20,000 nucleotides of DNA. Source: Chiloscyllium plagiosum. Lineage: Eukaryota. Both the position numbers and the translations under genes were made by a program. The notes below the pieces were generated by a model that had not been told where the DNA came from, did not search any database, and worked only from the letters and a program-made list of their open reading frames with translations. The stretch is taken from the NCBI RefSeq assembly GCF_004010195.1, contig NW_025215325.1:60428-80427 (forward strand). Direction: 5' to 3'. Below, piece after piece: positions 9,710 to 19,597 of the stretch; position 1 is the first letter of the stretch, and each line of letters starts with the position of its first letter.

Positions 9710-10980
9710 ATCTGTAGGCCATTCAGCCCATTAAGCCTGCCCCACCATTCAAGGCTGCTCTGATAATCCTCATTTCCTTGCCGTTTCCTCGCGATCCCAG
9801 ACTCCCTTCCTGGTTAAAAAAGTCTACCTCAGCCTTGAATATACTTAATGTCCCAGCCTTGACATTCCTCCGTGGGAATAAATTCCAGAGATTCACCCTC
9901 AGACAGAGAGAGAGATGAAAATCCTCATCATCTCTGTCTTAAAGGTGGAACCCTTTATTGAGATGATGTTCTCTGATTCCCCATGAGGGAGAAACATCCA
10001 CCCAGCATTAACCCTGTCGAATCCCATTAAGAATCTGATACGTTTCACTGAGATCACCTCTCATTCTTCTGAATTCCAGGGAGTGGAATCCCAACCTGTT
10101 CAGCCTTTGCTCATAAGATAACCCCTCCGTCCCAGGGAACCTTCTCTGAAGGCTCTCCAATGAAATAGCACCCTTCCCTAAACCAGGAGACAAAACACAG
10201 CCCAACACTCCAGACGGGCTCTCCCCAGCACCTTGTCCAGTTGCAGTAAGACTTCTTTACTCCTCTCCTCCAATCCCCTTTGAAATAAGCACCAACATTC
10301 CAGCAGCCCTTCCCGATTCCCTGCTGCTCCATCTGCTAGCTTTCTGGGTTTGTGAACGAGTCTAACCCCACCCCCCCAGATCCCCTTGTGTTGCAGCTTT
10401 CCACTATTCCCCTCCCCCCCCACCCCGTTTTAATGACACTGCTCCATCTGCTAGCTTTCTGGGTTTGTGAACGAGTCTAACCCCACCCCCCCAGATCCCC
10501 TTGTGTTGCAGCTTTCCACTATTCCCCTCCCCCCCCCAACCCCCTTTTAATGACACTGCTATTTTGTTCTAAAATGAATAACTTCAATTTTACATCGCAC
10601 TCCACCTGCCACTTATTTAACCGATAAACATTTCTCTGTAAACTTCTCGGATCCCTCTCGCAACCCAACTTTGCACCTAGTTCTGTGTTGTCTGCAAGTT
10701 TGGCTTGACTTCCTTCCCCCAAGTTATTAATATTTATTGTAAACATTGTGGGCCCAGTGAAACCCCATTGGTCACAGATCACCAAGCTGAAAATAAACCT
10801 TATCCTCACTCAGTGCTTCCTGGTCCTTAGCCAATTCTCTGTCCAAGCCAATGTATTCCCTCCAACACCACAGACTCCTATTTTACGATTTAATTTTCTC
10901 CTAGGTACATAATCAAACATTCTCTGGAATACAACACATCTACTGGCTCTTCTCTATCCATTTTGGTTAAGACTTCCTCC
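9710..10980 (-). mobile_element. Decayed CR1/HER1-type LINE, 3' part
   Basis: ORF pieces LESLQRRF..GLSYEQRLNRLGFHSLEFRRMRGDLSETYQILNG and FTININNL..AKLADNTELG are typical CR1 ORF2 RT and C-terminal motifs; frameshifted. Confidence 0.88.
10324..10555. repeat. Tandem duplication of ~115-117 bp within the CR1 fragment
   Basis: Copies at 10324-10438 and 10439-10555, near-identical apart from the C-run region; CTGCT microhomology at the junctions. Confidence 0.93.
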
Positions 10981-11154
10981 GACAAATTAAACATTATTTC
11001 CCTTTCACAAAACCACACTGACTCTGCTTAATTAGATAGTGATTTTCCAAAAGTTCTGTTGTTACTTCCTGAATAATTGATTCTGACTACAGAAGGATTG
11101 ACCAATCCAACCCCATTTGTCGTTCCTATTACCTGCTGAACTTGGATTCCAGTT

Positions 11155-11350
11155 TCAAAAACAGAAATTGCTGGAAAAGCTCAGCAGGTCTGGCAGCACC
11201 TGTGGGTGGGAAATCAGAGTTCACGTTTCAAATCAACCCGAAGCATTAACTCTGATCTCTCTCCGAAGGTACTGGCCGAATCTGCTGAACTTTTCCAGCA
11301 ATTTCGGTTTCTGTTTCTGATTTACAGCGTCTGTGGTTCTTTCGTTTTTA
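11155..11350. mobile_element. Older inverted-repeat (hairpin) element, Penelope-like
   Basis: AAACAGAAATTGCTGGAAAAGCTCAGCAG paired with CTGCTGAACTTTTCCAGCAATTTCGGTTT; related to 3189-3368, 13131-13262 and 14005-14120. Confidence 0.7.
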
Positions 11351-11359
11351 TTTGGATTT

Positions 11360-12340
11360 AAGTTGTTCAGGACAAGGATCCCCCCAAATCCAACTGTTCT
11401 GTAGCTTTTTGCAGCCTCATTTCATTTAAATGAGGATTTGGAGATGCCGGTGTTGGACTGGGGTGGACAAAGTTAAAAATCCCTCAACACCAGGTTATAG
11501 TCCAACAGGTTTAACAACTGGATGAGCAGTGCTCCGAAAGCTAGTGTGCATCCAATTAAACCTATTGGACTATAACCTGGTGTTGTGTGATTTTTAACAT
11601 TTAAATAATATTCATCTCCTCTACTCTTCCTGCCCAGGTACATACATAACCTCACATCTTCCCACATTATATTCCATCCGCCACTCACCACGTCCATGTC
11701 CCTCTGCAGACTCTAGGCCATTCTTACCACTTGGTTTCACAGCTATATTTGTACAAATCTGTAAACCGGGGAATAGTCCATTCACTTTCCTCATCCATGT
11801 TAATAATGTGTATTGTAAATATTTGTGATCCCAGCACTGATCCCTGTGGGACACTAGTCCCATGTTTCCAACCTAGAAGTGCCTCTTTTACCCCATCTCT
11901 CTGTTTTCTGTTAGTTAGCCAACCCCCTATCTAAGTTCAAACACCATCTCCAACTCCAGGGGCTCTGACCTTATTGAGTAGCCTAACATGCAGGATCTTA
12001 TCAAACACTTTTAGGTAATCTGAATTTATTCCATCCACTGCTTCCCCTTTATCTCGTTTGTTACTTTTGTCAAACAATTCAAGTAAATTGGTCAGAGCTG
12101 ATTCCCATGTCAGGAAGCCATGCTTGATCAGATTATATATTTTTAAACGCTCTGTTACCACACCCTTTATAATAAACTCCAACATTTTCCCAATAATTGA
12201 TGTTAAGCTAACTGGCCTTCATTTTTTAAAGTGTCGCTCCCTGTTCAATTAAATTAGTTTTCCAAATTTCCAGAACCTTTCGGGAATCTAAGGGAAAATT
12301 CTTCCCAGCACGTACACTATTGCTTTCACTATTTCCTTTA
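11360..12340 (-). mobile_element. Decayed CR1-type LINE RT fragment, interrupted at 11432-11597
   Basis: LIKHGFLTWESALTNLLELFD...YLKVFDKILHVRLLNKV, and CCCAGCACTGATCCCTGTGG encoding PQGSVLG on the minus strand. Confidence 0.85.
11432..11597. mobile_element. Inverted-repeat element of a second Penelope-like family
   Basis: ~43-bp arms 11472-11514 / 11556-11598; central GAGC-AGT-GCTC-CGAAAGCTA; possible 9-bp TSD CATTTAAAT at 11423-11431 and 11598-11606. Confidence 0.72.
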
Positions 12341-12500
12341 ATATCCAAGGATACAGCTGACCAGCTCATGGGGCTTATTGGTCTTTATTCCCACTCGGTA
12401 ACTGGAAAAGAACTGGGACAGATAGTTGTTCAGATAGATAACTCAGTGACTTATTTTCCTTTCAATTAGGTCAGGATAGTTGAAGGGAATTGGAGGTTGA

Positions 12501-13110
12501 AGTCATAGAGTCATAGAGATGTACAGCATGGAAACAGACCCTTCGGTCCAACCCGTCCATGCCGACCAGATATCCCAACCCAATCTAGTCCCACCTGCCA
12601 GCACCCGGCCCATATCCCTCCAAACCCTTCCTATTCATGTACCCATCCAAATGCCTCTTAAATGTTGTAATTGTACCAGCCTCCACCACTTCCTCTGGCA
12701 GCTCATTCCANNNNNNNNNNNNNNNNNNNNNNNNNNNNNNNNNNNNNNNNNNNNNNNNNNNNNNNNNNNNNNNNNNNNNNNNNNNNNCTGCACTCCAAGG
12801 TCTCTTTGTTCAGCAACACTCCATAGGACCTTACCATTAAGTGTATAAGTCCTGCTAAGATTTGCTTTCCCAAAATGCAGCACCTCGCATTTATCTGAAT
12901 TAAACTCCATCTGCCACTTCTCAGCCCATTGGCCCATCTGGTCCAGATCCTGTTGTAATCTGAGGTAACCCTCTTCGCTGTCCACTACACCTCCAATTTT
13001 GGTGTCATCTGCAAACTTACTAACTGTACCTCTTGTGCTCGCATCCAAATCATTTATGTAAATGACAAAAAGTAGAGGGCCCAGCACCGATCCTTGTGGC
13101 ACTCCACTGA
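12501..13110 (-). mobile_element. Young 5'-truncated CR1/HER1-type LINE (RT core, gap 12711-12787, 3' UTR, (CTATGACT)n tail)
   Basis: Intact-looking RT motifs SGVPQGSVLGPLLFVIYINDLD...SKFADDTKIGG...WQMEFNSDKCEVLHFG and an octamer tail. Confidence 0.95.
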
Positions 13111-13130
13111 TCCCGGAACCCAAGTGACAT

Positions 13131-13262
13131 GGAAGCTGATGAAGAGTCATCTAGACTTGAAACATTAGCTTGGTCTCTCTCTGTGGATGCTGCCTGACCC
13201 ACTGTGATCTCCAGCATTTATTGTTTTCTGTACGGATTTCAGCAGCTGCAGAAATGTGCTCC
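13131..13262 (+). mobile_element. Single-arm Penelope-like fragment with degenerate hammerhead-like motif
   Basis: CTGATGA-A-GAGTC-ATCTA-GACTT-GAAAC at 13136-13163, followed by GGATGCTGCCTGACC as in the hairpin elements. Confidence 0.7.
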
Positions 13263-13304
13263 TATAAAAGGCTGCACTTTGCACCAGAGAGCACCACACC
13301 TCTC

Positions 13305-13445
13305 AGAATATTGAGTTGGGAGGTCATGTTGTGGCTGTACAGGACATTGGTGGGACTAGATTGGGTTGGGATATCTGGTCGGCATGGACGGGTTGGACTG
13401 AAGGGTCTGTTTCCGTGCTGTACATCTCTATGACTCCATGACTCC
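13305..13445 (+). mobile_element. Short internally deleted CR1 3' end
   Basis: SWEVMLWLYRTLV coding remnant fused to the 3' UTR. 13349-13443 is the reverse complement of 12501-12595 with 3 mismatches. Confidence 0.85.
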
Positions 13446-13548
13446 AAATAGCCACATGAGGGCAGTGTTGTCCAACATCCCACTGCAAGCAGACCCTCTC
13501 CAGACAATTCACTGGGGTCTCTCTTAAAAACCAAACCCAACTTCTTAC

Positions 13549-13633
13549 TGTTCCTCAGGAAGATTTATACGGCCCATGTTTTCTCTTTCATCCTCAACCT
13601 CTGCCTGACTGCCAGCAGATTTTGAGTCTGTTT
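13549..13633 (-). CDS. Candidate internal exon (TDSKSAGSQAEVEDERENMGRINLPEE)
   Basis: TAG acceptor, GTAAGA donor, one open frame, purine-rich non-repeat sequence. Confidence 0.33.
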
Positions 13634-14004
13634 CTAGTCAGGGTAGCGTGAGGCCGATTCACAGCACATGGTGAAAATATAAAAGGAGCAATTTCTTTCA
13701 GTGTGTCATTCTCCGGCTCGGGAGTGAATATTTATGGCTGTGTTGCTGGGTGTAAAAGCATCAGTTAAAACAAATAGTACAATGACATTACTGAGGAATA
13801 ACAGTATATATTAGACAGTAACACCCTACATCATGAATGTACGCATTATCCAATAACACACCACATTCACCTGGTTATAACTCCCTGGTTATATATAGCA
13901 TCATTACTGTGTACTTAGGGTCCAGTTATTTTTAGAGACACGAATGATCAAAAACTCCACTTTTCATTAATAAAGGGTCTGACCTGATTGTAACTAGACA
14001 GAAG

Positions 14005-14120
14005 AATAAAAACATAAAACATTGAACTGCTGGAGATCTGAAAAAAAAATAGAATTTGCAGAGAAACTCAACAGGTCTGGCAACATCTGTGAAGAGAGAA
14101 AAACAGAGTTAATGTTTGGT
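14005..14120 (-). mobile_element. Degenerate single arm of the hairpin-element family
   Basis: TGCTGGAGATCTG...AACTCAACAGGTCTGGCAACATCTGTG...CAGAGTTAATGTTT resembles 11160-11230. Confidence 0.6.
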
Positions 14121-14319
14121 CCCCAAGAGATTATAAATCTAGCTGTTTACAAGTCACTTGATTACACCCACTGCCTGTTCTCTGGGGATAACAGAGAGAG
14201 GAACCCGAATATTTAACATGCAGTTAAGAAAATTGGATAACTCATTGTGAGATGTAAATGGGACAGTGATCTCAAAGATAAGAACTGCAGTCAGGAGCAG
14301 GACAATCTGTGAAATCCTG

Positions 14320-15580
14320 AAGTCTGATGGAACTAGTGACCAGTGGGATACCACTGGGCTCAGTACTAGGACCCCAGCTATCAACAATGTATGTTAATGA
14401 TGTAAATGAGGGAACCAAATGTAATATCTCCGAGTTTGTAGATGTCATGAAGCTGGGTGGGAGGGTGAGCTGTTAGGAGGATACAGAGCTGTTGCAGTGG
14501 GATTTGGACAGACTGAGTAGGAAGGAAAATACACAGCAGATGCACAATACAGATCAACGTGAGGTTCTCCACTTTGGTAACAAACACAGGGACGCAGAGG
14601 AGTATTTGAATGATGATAGATTGGGAAAGGGGGAGGGGCAGTGAGACCTGGATGTCCTTGTACACCAGTCCCTGAAGGTCAGCACTGTAGGTGTCGCAGG
14701 CGGCGATGACAATACAAAATGGTACATTGGTCTTCATATTGACAGGGTTCGAGTGAAGGAGCAGGGATTTCTTGCTTCAATTATACAGGCCCTCAGTGAG
14801 ACCACACCCGGAGTATTGTGTGCAGTTTTGGTTTCCTTATCTGAGGAAGGGTGTTCTGGCGATGCAGGGAGTACAGCAAAGGTTTCCCAGACTGACTCCT
14901 GGATGGAAGGACAGAGGTATGAAGAGGGACTGGATCAGTTAGGATTATATTCACTGGAGTTTTAGAAAAATGGAGAGTTGGGGGGGGGGAGGGGGTGTGG
15001 GATTTTATCGAAGCCTATAAAAGCTGAACCGGACTAGACAGGGTAAACACAAGAAGGGTGTGCCTGATGGTGGGGAGGACCAGAAACCATTGTCACAGCT
15101 TAAGGATCTCGGGTAGGTCGTTTAGGAGTGAGACGGGAGGGATTTCTTCACTCAGGGAGAGTGGGGAGCCTGTGGAATTCTCTTGCACGGGGAGAAAGTG
15201 AGGTCTGCAGATGCTGGAGATCAAAGTTGAAACTTTATTGCTGGAACAGCACAGCAGGTCAGGCAGCATCCAGGGAACAGGAGATTCGACGTTTCGGGCA
15301 CAGGCCCTTCTTCGCCCGAAACGTCGAATCTCCTGTTCCCTGGATGCTGCCTGACCTGCTGTGCTGTTCCAGCAATAAAGTTTCAACCGAATTCTCTTGC
15401 ACAGAAAGCGGTGAGATTAAAACCATGCATGACTTCCGAAAGGAGTTAGGTGTAATTCTTGGGGCTAAAGGGATCAAAGGGTGTGGGGGAGAACATGGGG
15501 ACAGGAGACTGAGTTGGATGACCAGTCAGGATCAGATTGAATGGCGGAGCAGGTTTGAAGGCCTCCTGCCTAGTGTCTGT
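14320..15580 (+). mobile_element. Decayed CR1-type LINE 3' part, interrupted at 15189-15388
   Basis: GGCTCAGTACTAGGACCCCAGCTA (GSVLGPQL), GAGTTTGTAGATG (FADD remnant), YEEGLDQLGLYSLEF, and a CR1-type 3' UTR. Confidence 0.88.
15189..15388. mobile_element. 200-bp hairpin element, Penelope-like, with 14-bp TSD
   Basis: Perfect 74-bp inverted arms 15226-15299 / 15314-15387 with a 14-nt loop. TSD GAATTCTCTTGCAC at 15175-15188 and 15389-15402. Confidence 0.92.
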
Positions 15581-15989
15581 AGTTTGTGGAACACATTGTC
15601 ATGTTTGACACAGTCAGCCCTGTAACAGTGGGAATGGGAGCTCAGCAGAGAGGCATAACTCAAGGAGGTTGGGCCATAACAGTGAGACGTTTTGAAACAG
15701 CCAGAGGATTCTGCTGTGAAATAACTGGCTAGCTCCGTAGCACTGTGTCTGTCCAACTGGAAATGTGACTCTCTCTGTAAACCTGCTGCTGCCCTGTTGT
15801 CCTTCCTAGATAGGGGGGGGGAAAACAAATCGCCCATCTGGCTACAAGAGGCATCGCAGCAGCTGGGTCTGAATTCAAGGGCTCACTGGTACACTCCAGC
15901 AGTGAGGAACACCAGGCCCAGTGGTCAAGCAGAGACAGGTCCATGCACATGCTCGTTATAAAGGAAGGGGAACAAGAGAGCGCAGATTG

Positions 15990-16200
15990 GAGCAGTTTAC
16001 AAAACAGGCATTTACAAGGTGCACAGGCTCCTGTGGGGTATTCAAGAGAGTGTCAGATGGTTATCCCAATGGAAAGATAGAGCAGGGTTACAGTAGAAGG
16101 CTGAGGATAGCACTCAGTCACAATGCTCATTTTGAGAGCCAGTACAGACCTGACTGGCTGAATGGTTTATCCCTACAGCACCCAAACAACCCTGTCATTC
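15990..16200 (+). mobile_element. Very old CR1-like 3' end remnant
   Basis: Weak resemblance (GAGAGCCAGTACAGACCTGACTGGCTGAATGG) to CR1 3' UTRs. Confidence 0.4.
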
Positions 16201-17109
16201 TGAAATAAGGACTTTTTTTGCTGTCACTATTCTGTTTATATCTTAATATCTATATTTACCTCATCGCCCCTTAGGAATGGTCAATAATAAAGTAAACCTT
16301 AATGTGGCTAACCGCAAGCTGGTCTGATTTAACTTGAGTCATTGACAATCTAGGGAGGTGACAGTGGCTACGTAAATGTACTGTTCATGGAACATATGTG
16401 GGTGCACCGACTGACCGTAACAATAAGCGTCTCTGTTCGATGAAGATGTGCCCAGCTGTCAGGAGTCTGTATAAGGACGGTCAGTGTGAAGTGATCTACC
16501 TACGCGATCTGAAACACTTTGTCCTCATCCCCCACTCCCTCAGCTGTCCCTGGGCACTCCCCTCGGAGGTGACTGCCCTGAATTCTGAACGTTAACCACT
16601 CTCCCTCACCAACTCTTCCTGCCTGGTGAGTATTTAATTGGTGTTCCTGACTGATTTGTCGTTGAGTTGGGGATCACCGAGTGTCTCCACAACGTGTGTT
16701 CCAGGGCATGTAACACTGAGTATCATTAAAACCCTCTTTAACACACAGCCAAACCCAACCAGAATTCTACTCACATCCCGGGTCATATACAGAGCACGGG
16801 GCGGTGACAGGGAACAGAGAATTAATGGAGAATGCAGTAACTACATCGCCCACTGCAGAACTCAACTCCCCCCAGGAACAGCATCCAACAAGAGTGCAGA
16901 TAGACAGGGGCACGTCACAGACCAAGGTGGGGGAGGGCAATTAGACAAAACGGGGGAAAGCACCCTTCAACCACTGCTTCCAAGATCAACCATACTGGCC
17001 AGACGCAGAGAAACAAAGTAAAGGAACTCATTCGGAATGGCAACTCACAAAAACTCCCCGAAATCCTTCACCATCAACGCAGTACTACAGAAATGTCATC
17101 CTGTCTCTA

Positions 17110-17350
17110 AGACAGGCAGAACCGCCAGCCAATGGCTGCACAGCAAGATCCCACAAACAGCAATGTGGTAATGATCAGATCATGGGTTTCTTTGATGTTT
17201 ACAAGAATATCGGCCGGGGGGTGGGGGGAATCCCACCCACTCAACTTTAAACAGGACGCAACAGCAGCACTTACACAGAGAGCAAATGTGTACTGGGTTA
17301 ACATCACATCGCAAAGACACACCCTCTGACAGTGCAGCACTCCCTCAGCA
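17110..17350 (-). mobile_element. Deu-domain SINE fragment
   Basis: GCCAGCCAATGGCTGCACAGCAAGATCCCACAAACAGCAATGTG...GGTTAACATCACATCGCAAAGAC..CTCTGACAGTGCAGCACTCCCTCAG; homologous to 2975-3495. Confidence 0.72.
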
Positions 17351-17973
17351 CTGACCCTCCGACAGTGCGGCGCTCCCTCAGCACTGACCCTCCGACAGTG
17401 CGGCACTCCCTCAGCACTGACCCTCCGACAGTGCGGCGCTCCCTCAGCACTGACCCTCCGACAGTGCGGCGCTCCCTCAGCACTGACCCTCCGACAGTGC
17501 GACTCTCCNNNNNNNNNNNNNNNNNNNNNNNNNNNNNNNNNNNNNNNNNNNNNNNNNNNNNNNNNNNNNNNNNNNNNNNNNNNNNNNNNNNNNNNNNNNN
17601 NNNNNNNNNNNNNNNNNNNNNNNNNNNNNNNNNNNNNNNNNNNNNCTGACCCTCCGACAGTGCGGCACTCCCTCAGCACTGACCCTCCGACAGTGCGGGG
17701 CTCCCTCAGCACTGACCCTCTGACAGTGTGGCACTCCCTCAGCACTGACCCTCTGATCGTGTGGCACTCCCTCAGCACTGACCCTCCGACTGTGCGACAC
17801 TTCCTCAGCACTGACCCTCTGACAGTGCGGCACTCCCTCAGCTCTGACCCTCCGACAGTGCGGCACACCCTCAGCACTGACCCTCCGACAGCGCGGCACT
17901 CCCTCAGCACTGACCCTCCGACAGTGCGTCATTCCCTCAGCACTGACCCTCTGACAGTGTGGCACTCCCTCAG
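17322..17973. repeat. 33-bp minisatellite (CCCTCCGACAGTGCGGCACTCCCTCAGCACTGA), at least 15 copies, gap 17509-17645
   Basis: Visible tandem units; 11-aa periodic ORFs. Confidence 0.96.
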
Positions 17974-18229
17974 AAAACACATTTCCACTTGCTTTGTATG
18001 ATCCACTAATTTAGAAATATCACATCGGCTGCCCAGCTCCGAATCACTGAGATGGTGCCGTAGTGTCGAAGGGGATTGGCACTCCACCAGTCACAGCCTG
18101 CCACCTCCCTGCCTCCTGTCTGTGAGACCATCATTAATCCCTGACAGTACGGAACCTCCTCGTCCAAGCGTTTTCTTGTTTTTTCACTCTGTCTTGTGCA
18201 GAGCTATGTAAAACGCCATCTGAAAACAC

Positions 18230-19265
18230 AAATATATGACATCCTCTGGCTCTCCTTTGTCAATTTTCTTAGTTAGGACCTCAAAAAACACCCCAACAAG
18301 TTTGATGAACACAATTTCTCTTTTTCCTGAAACCATGCCCAGTCAGGTCATTATCAATCATGTGGATTTTTTTCCCATCCTTTACAACAGATTCCAGTAA
18401 TTCCCCCATTACTGATATAAGGTTAACAGGTCTGTAAGTCCCTGTTTTCCCTCTCATTCCCTTCCTAAATAGTGGGGGCAATATTTACTACCTTCTAATC
18501 CATGGTGGCTCAGTGGTTAGCACTGCTGCCTCACAGCACCAGGGTCCCAGGTTCGATTCCAGCCTCCGGTGACTGTCTGTGAGGAGTTTGCACATTCTCC
18601 CCGTGTCTGCGTGGGTTTCCTCCGGGTGCTCCAGTTTCCTCCCACAGTCCAAAGATGTGCAGGTCAGGTGAATTGGCCATGCTAAATTGCCCGTAGTGTT
18701 AGGTGCATTAATCAGAGGCAAATGGGTCTGGGTGGGTTGCTCTTCGGAGGGTCGGTATGGACTTGTTGGGCGGAAGGGCCTGTTTCCACACTGTAGGGAT
18801 CTAATCTAATCATTCCAGAATCTATGAAATTTTGACTCATTGACTATGTTATCGTCACCTTTTTCAACATTCTGGGACCTGGAGCATCAGGACCCCAGGA
18901 TTTATCACGTTTCAGTCCCTATAATCTGTCCAGTGCAATCTCCTTTCTGAAGCTAATATCCGCCTCATTCCCCCAGCTCCTTATGTCTCTGGGAGATATA
19001 TTTCTGGGAAGTTTCCTGTATCTTCCTCAGTGAAGACAACACAAATCATTTCACTTCTCTGTCATTTCTCTATCCCCCATCCTACCCTCTCCTGACTCCA
19101 TGGGTAAGGACACACATACATTTTAGTCAGAAATTTCCTTACCTCACACCTACAGAAGATCTTCCAACTCTTCCTTCCCTCACAGTTTCTGGATCCTGCT
19201 TTGCTAGATTCCAAAAACTTCCCAATCCTCCAAATTCTATTTCTTTTGATTTAATGAGATACAAT
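18230..19265 (-). mobile_element. Decayed CR1-type LINE fragment (RT N-terminal side), interrupted by a SINE at 18501-18811
   Basis: PLFRKGMRGKTGTYRPVNLISVMGELLESVVKD...HGFRK motif; degenerate sequence continues to the right of the SINE. Confidence 0.75.
18501..18811 (+). mobile_element. tRNA-derived V-SINE, HE1-like, near full length
   Basis: A box TGGCTCAGTGG, B box GGTTCGATTCC, V-domain GTGGGTTTCCTCCGGGTGCTCCAGTTTCCTCCCACAGTCCAAAGA, tail ATCTAATCTAATC. Confidence 0.92.
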
Positions 19266-19276
19266 CCTTAACTTAC

Positions 19277-19383
19277 TCTGTCATCCACAGGTGACTGTAA
19301 CTTTTTGAGTTTTTCTGCACCTTGCAATGTTTATTTTCCTCTGACAGTTCCAGTGAGCGGTATTTTTGGAAATATTCTGGGTG
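19277..19383 (-). CDS. Candidate internal exon of an unidentified gene (HPEYFQKYRSLELSEENKHCKVQKNSKSYSHLWMT)
   Basis: CAG acceptor after a pyrimidine-rich stretch, consensus GTAAGT donor, exactly one open frame, non-repeat sequence. Confidence 0.4.
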
Positions 19384-19410
19384 CTGCCCGGGAAAGTCAA
19401 TAAAACACAG

Positions 19411-19459
19411 CACGGGGCATGGGGCACAGGGCAAGGGGCACGGGGCACGGGGCACGGGG
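19411..19459. repeat. 7-mer tandem repeat (CACGGGG) x7
   Basis: Directly visible. Confidence 0.9.
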
Positions 19460-19597
19460 CTGGTTTGAGTGGGATAGGTTACTGAATGATGTGTACTCTG
19501 CAGGGATTCCTGACTCAACCATCCCTAAACCAGAGTGACTTCACAACGCAGTGATCCTGTCCTCCCGTGTAAAGCTCCCAGATGGATTATCTTCGAT

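Noticed and set aside
12635..13150. Reverse transcriptase as a functional gene or retron-like system
   Set aside because: 5'-truncated CR1 LINE fragment with a LINE tail.
15226..15387. miRNA precursor or classical MITE
   Set aside because: Multi-copy, with a 14-bp TSD and asymmetric arms that do not reach both ends.
17107..18001. Cys/His-periodic ORFs resembling zinc fingers
   Set aside because: Translations of the 33-bp minisatellite; no C2H2 spacing.
18503..18570. tRNA gene (also ~335-400)
   Set aside because: The A/B boxes are the SINE head and continue into the SINE body and tail.
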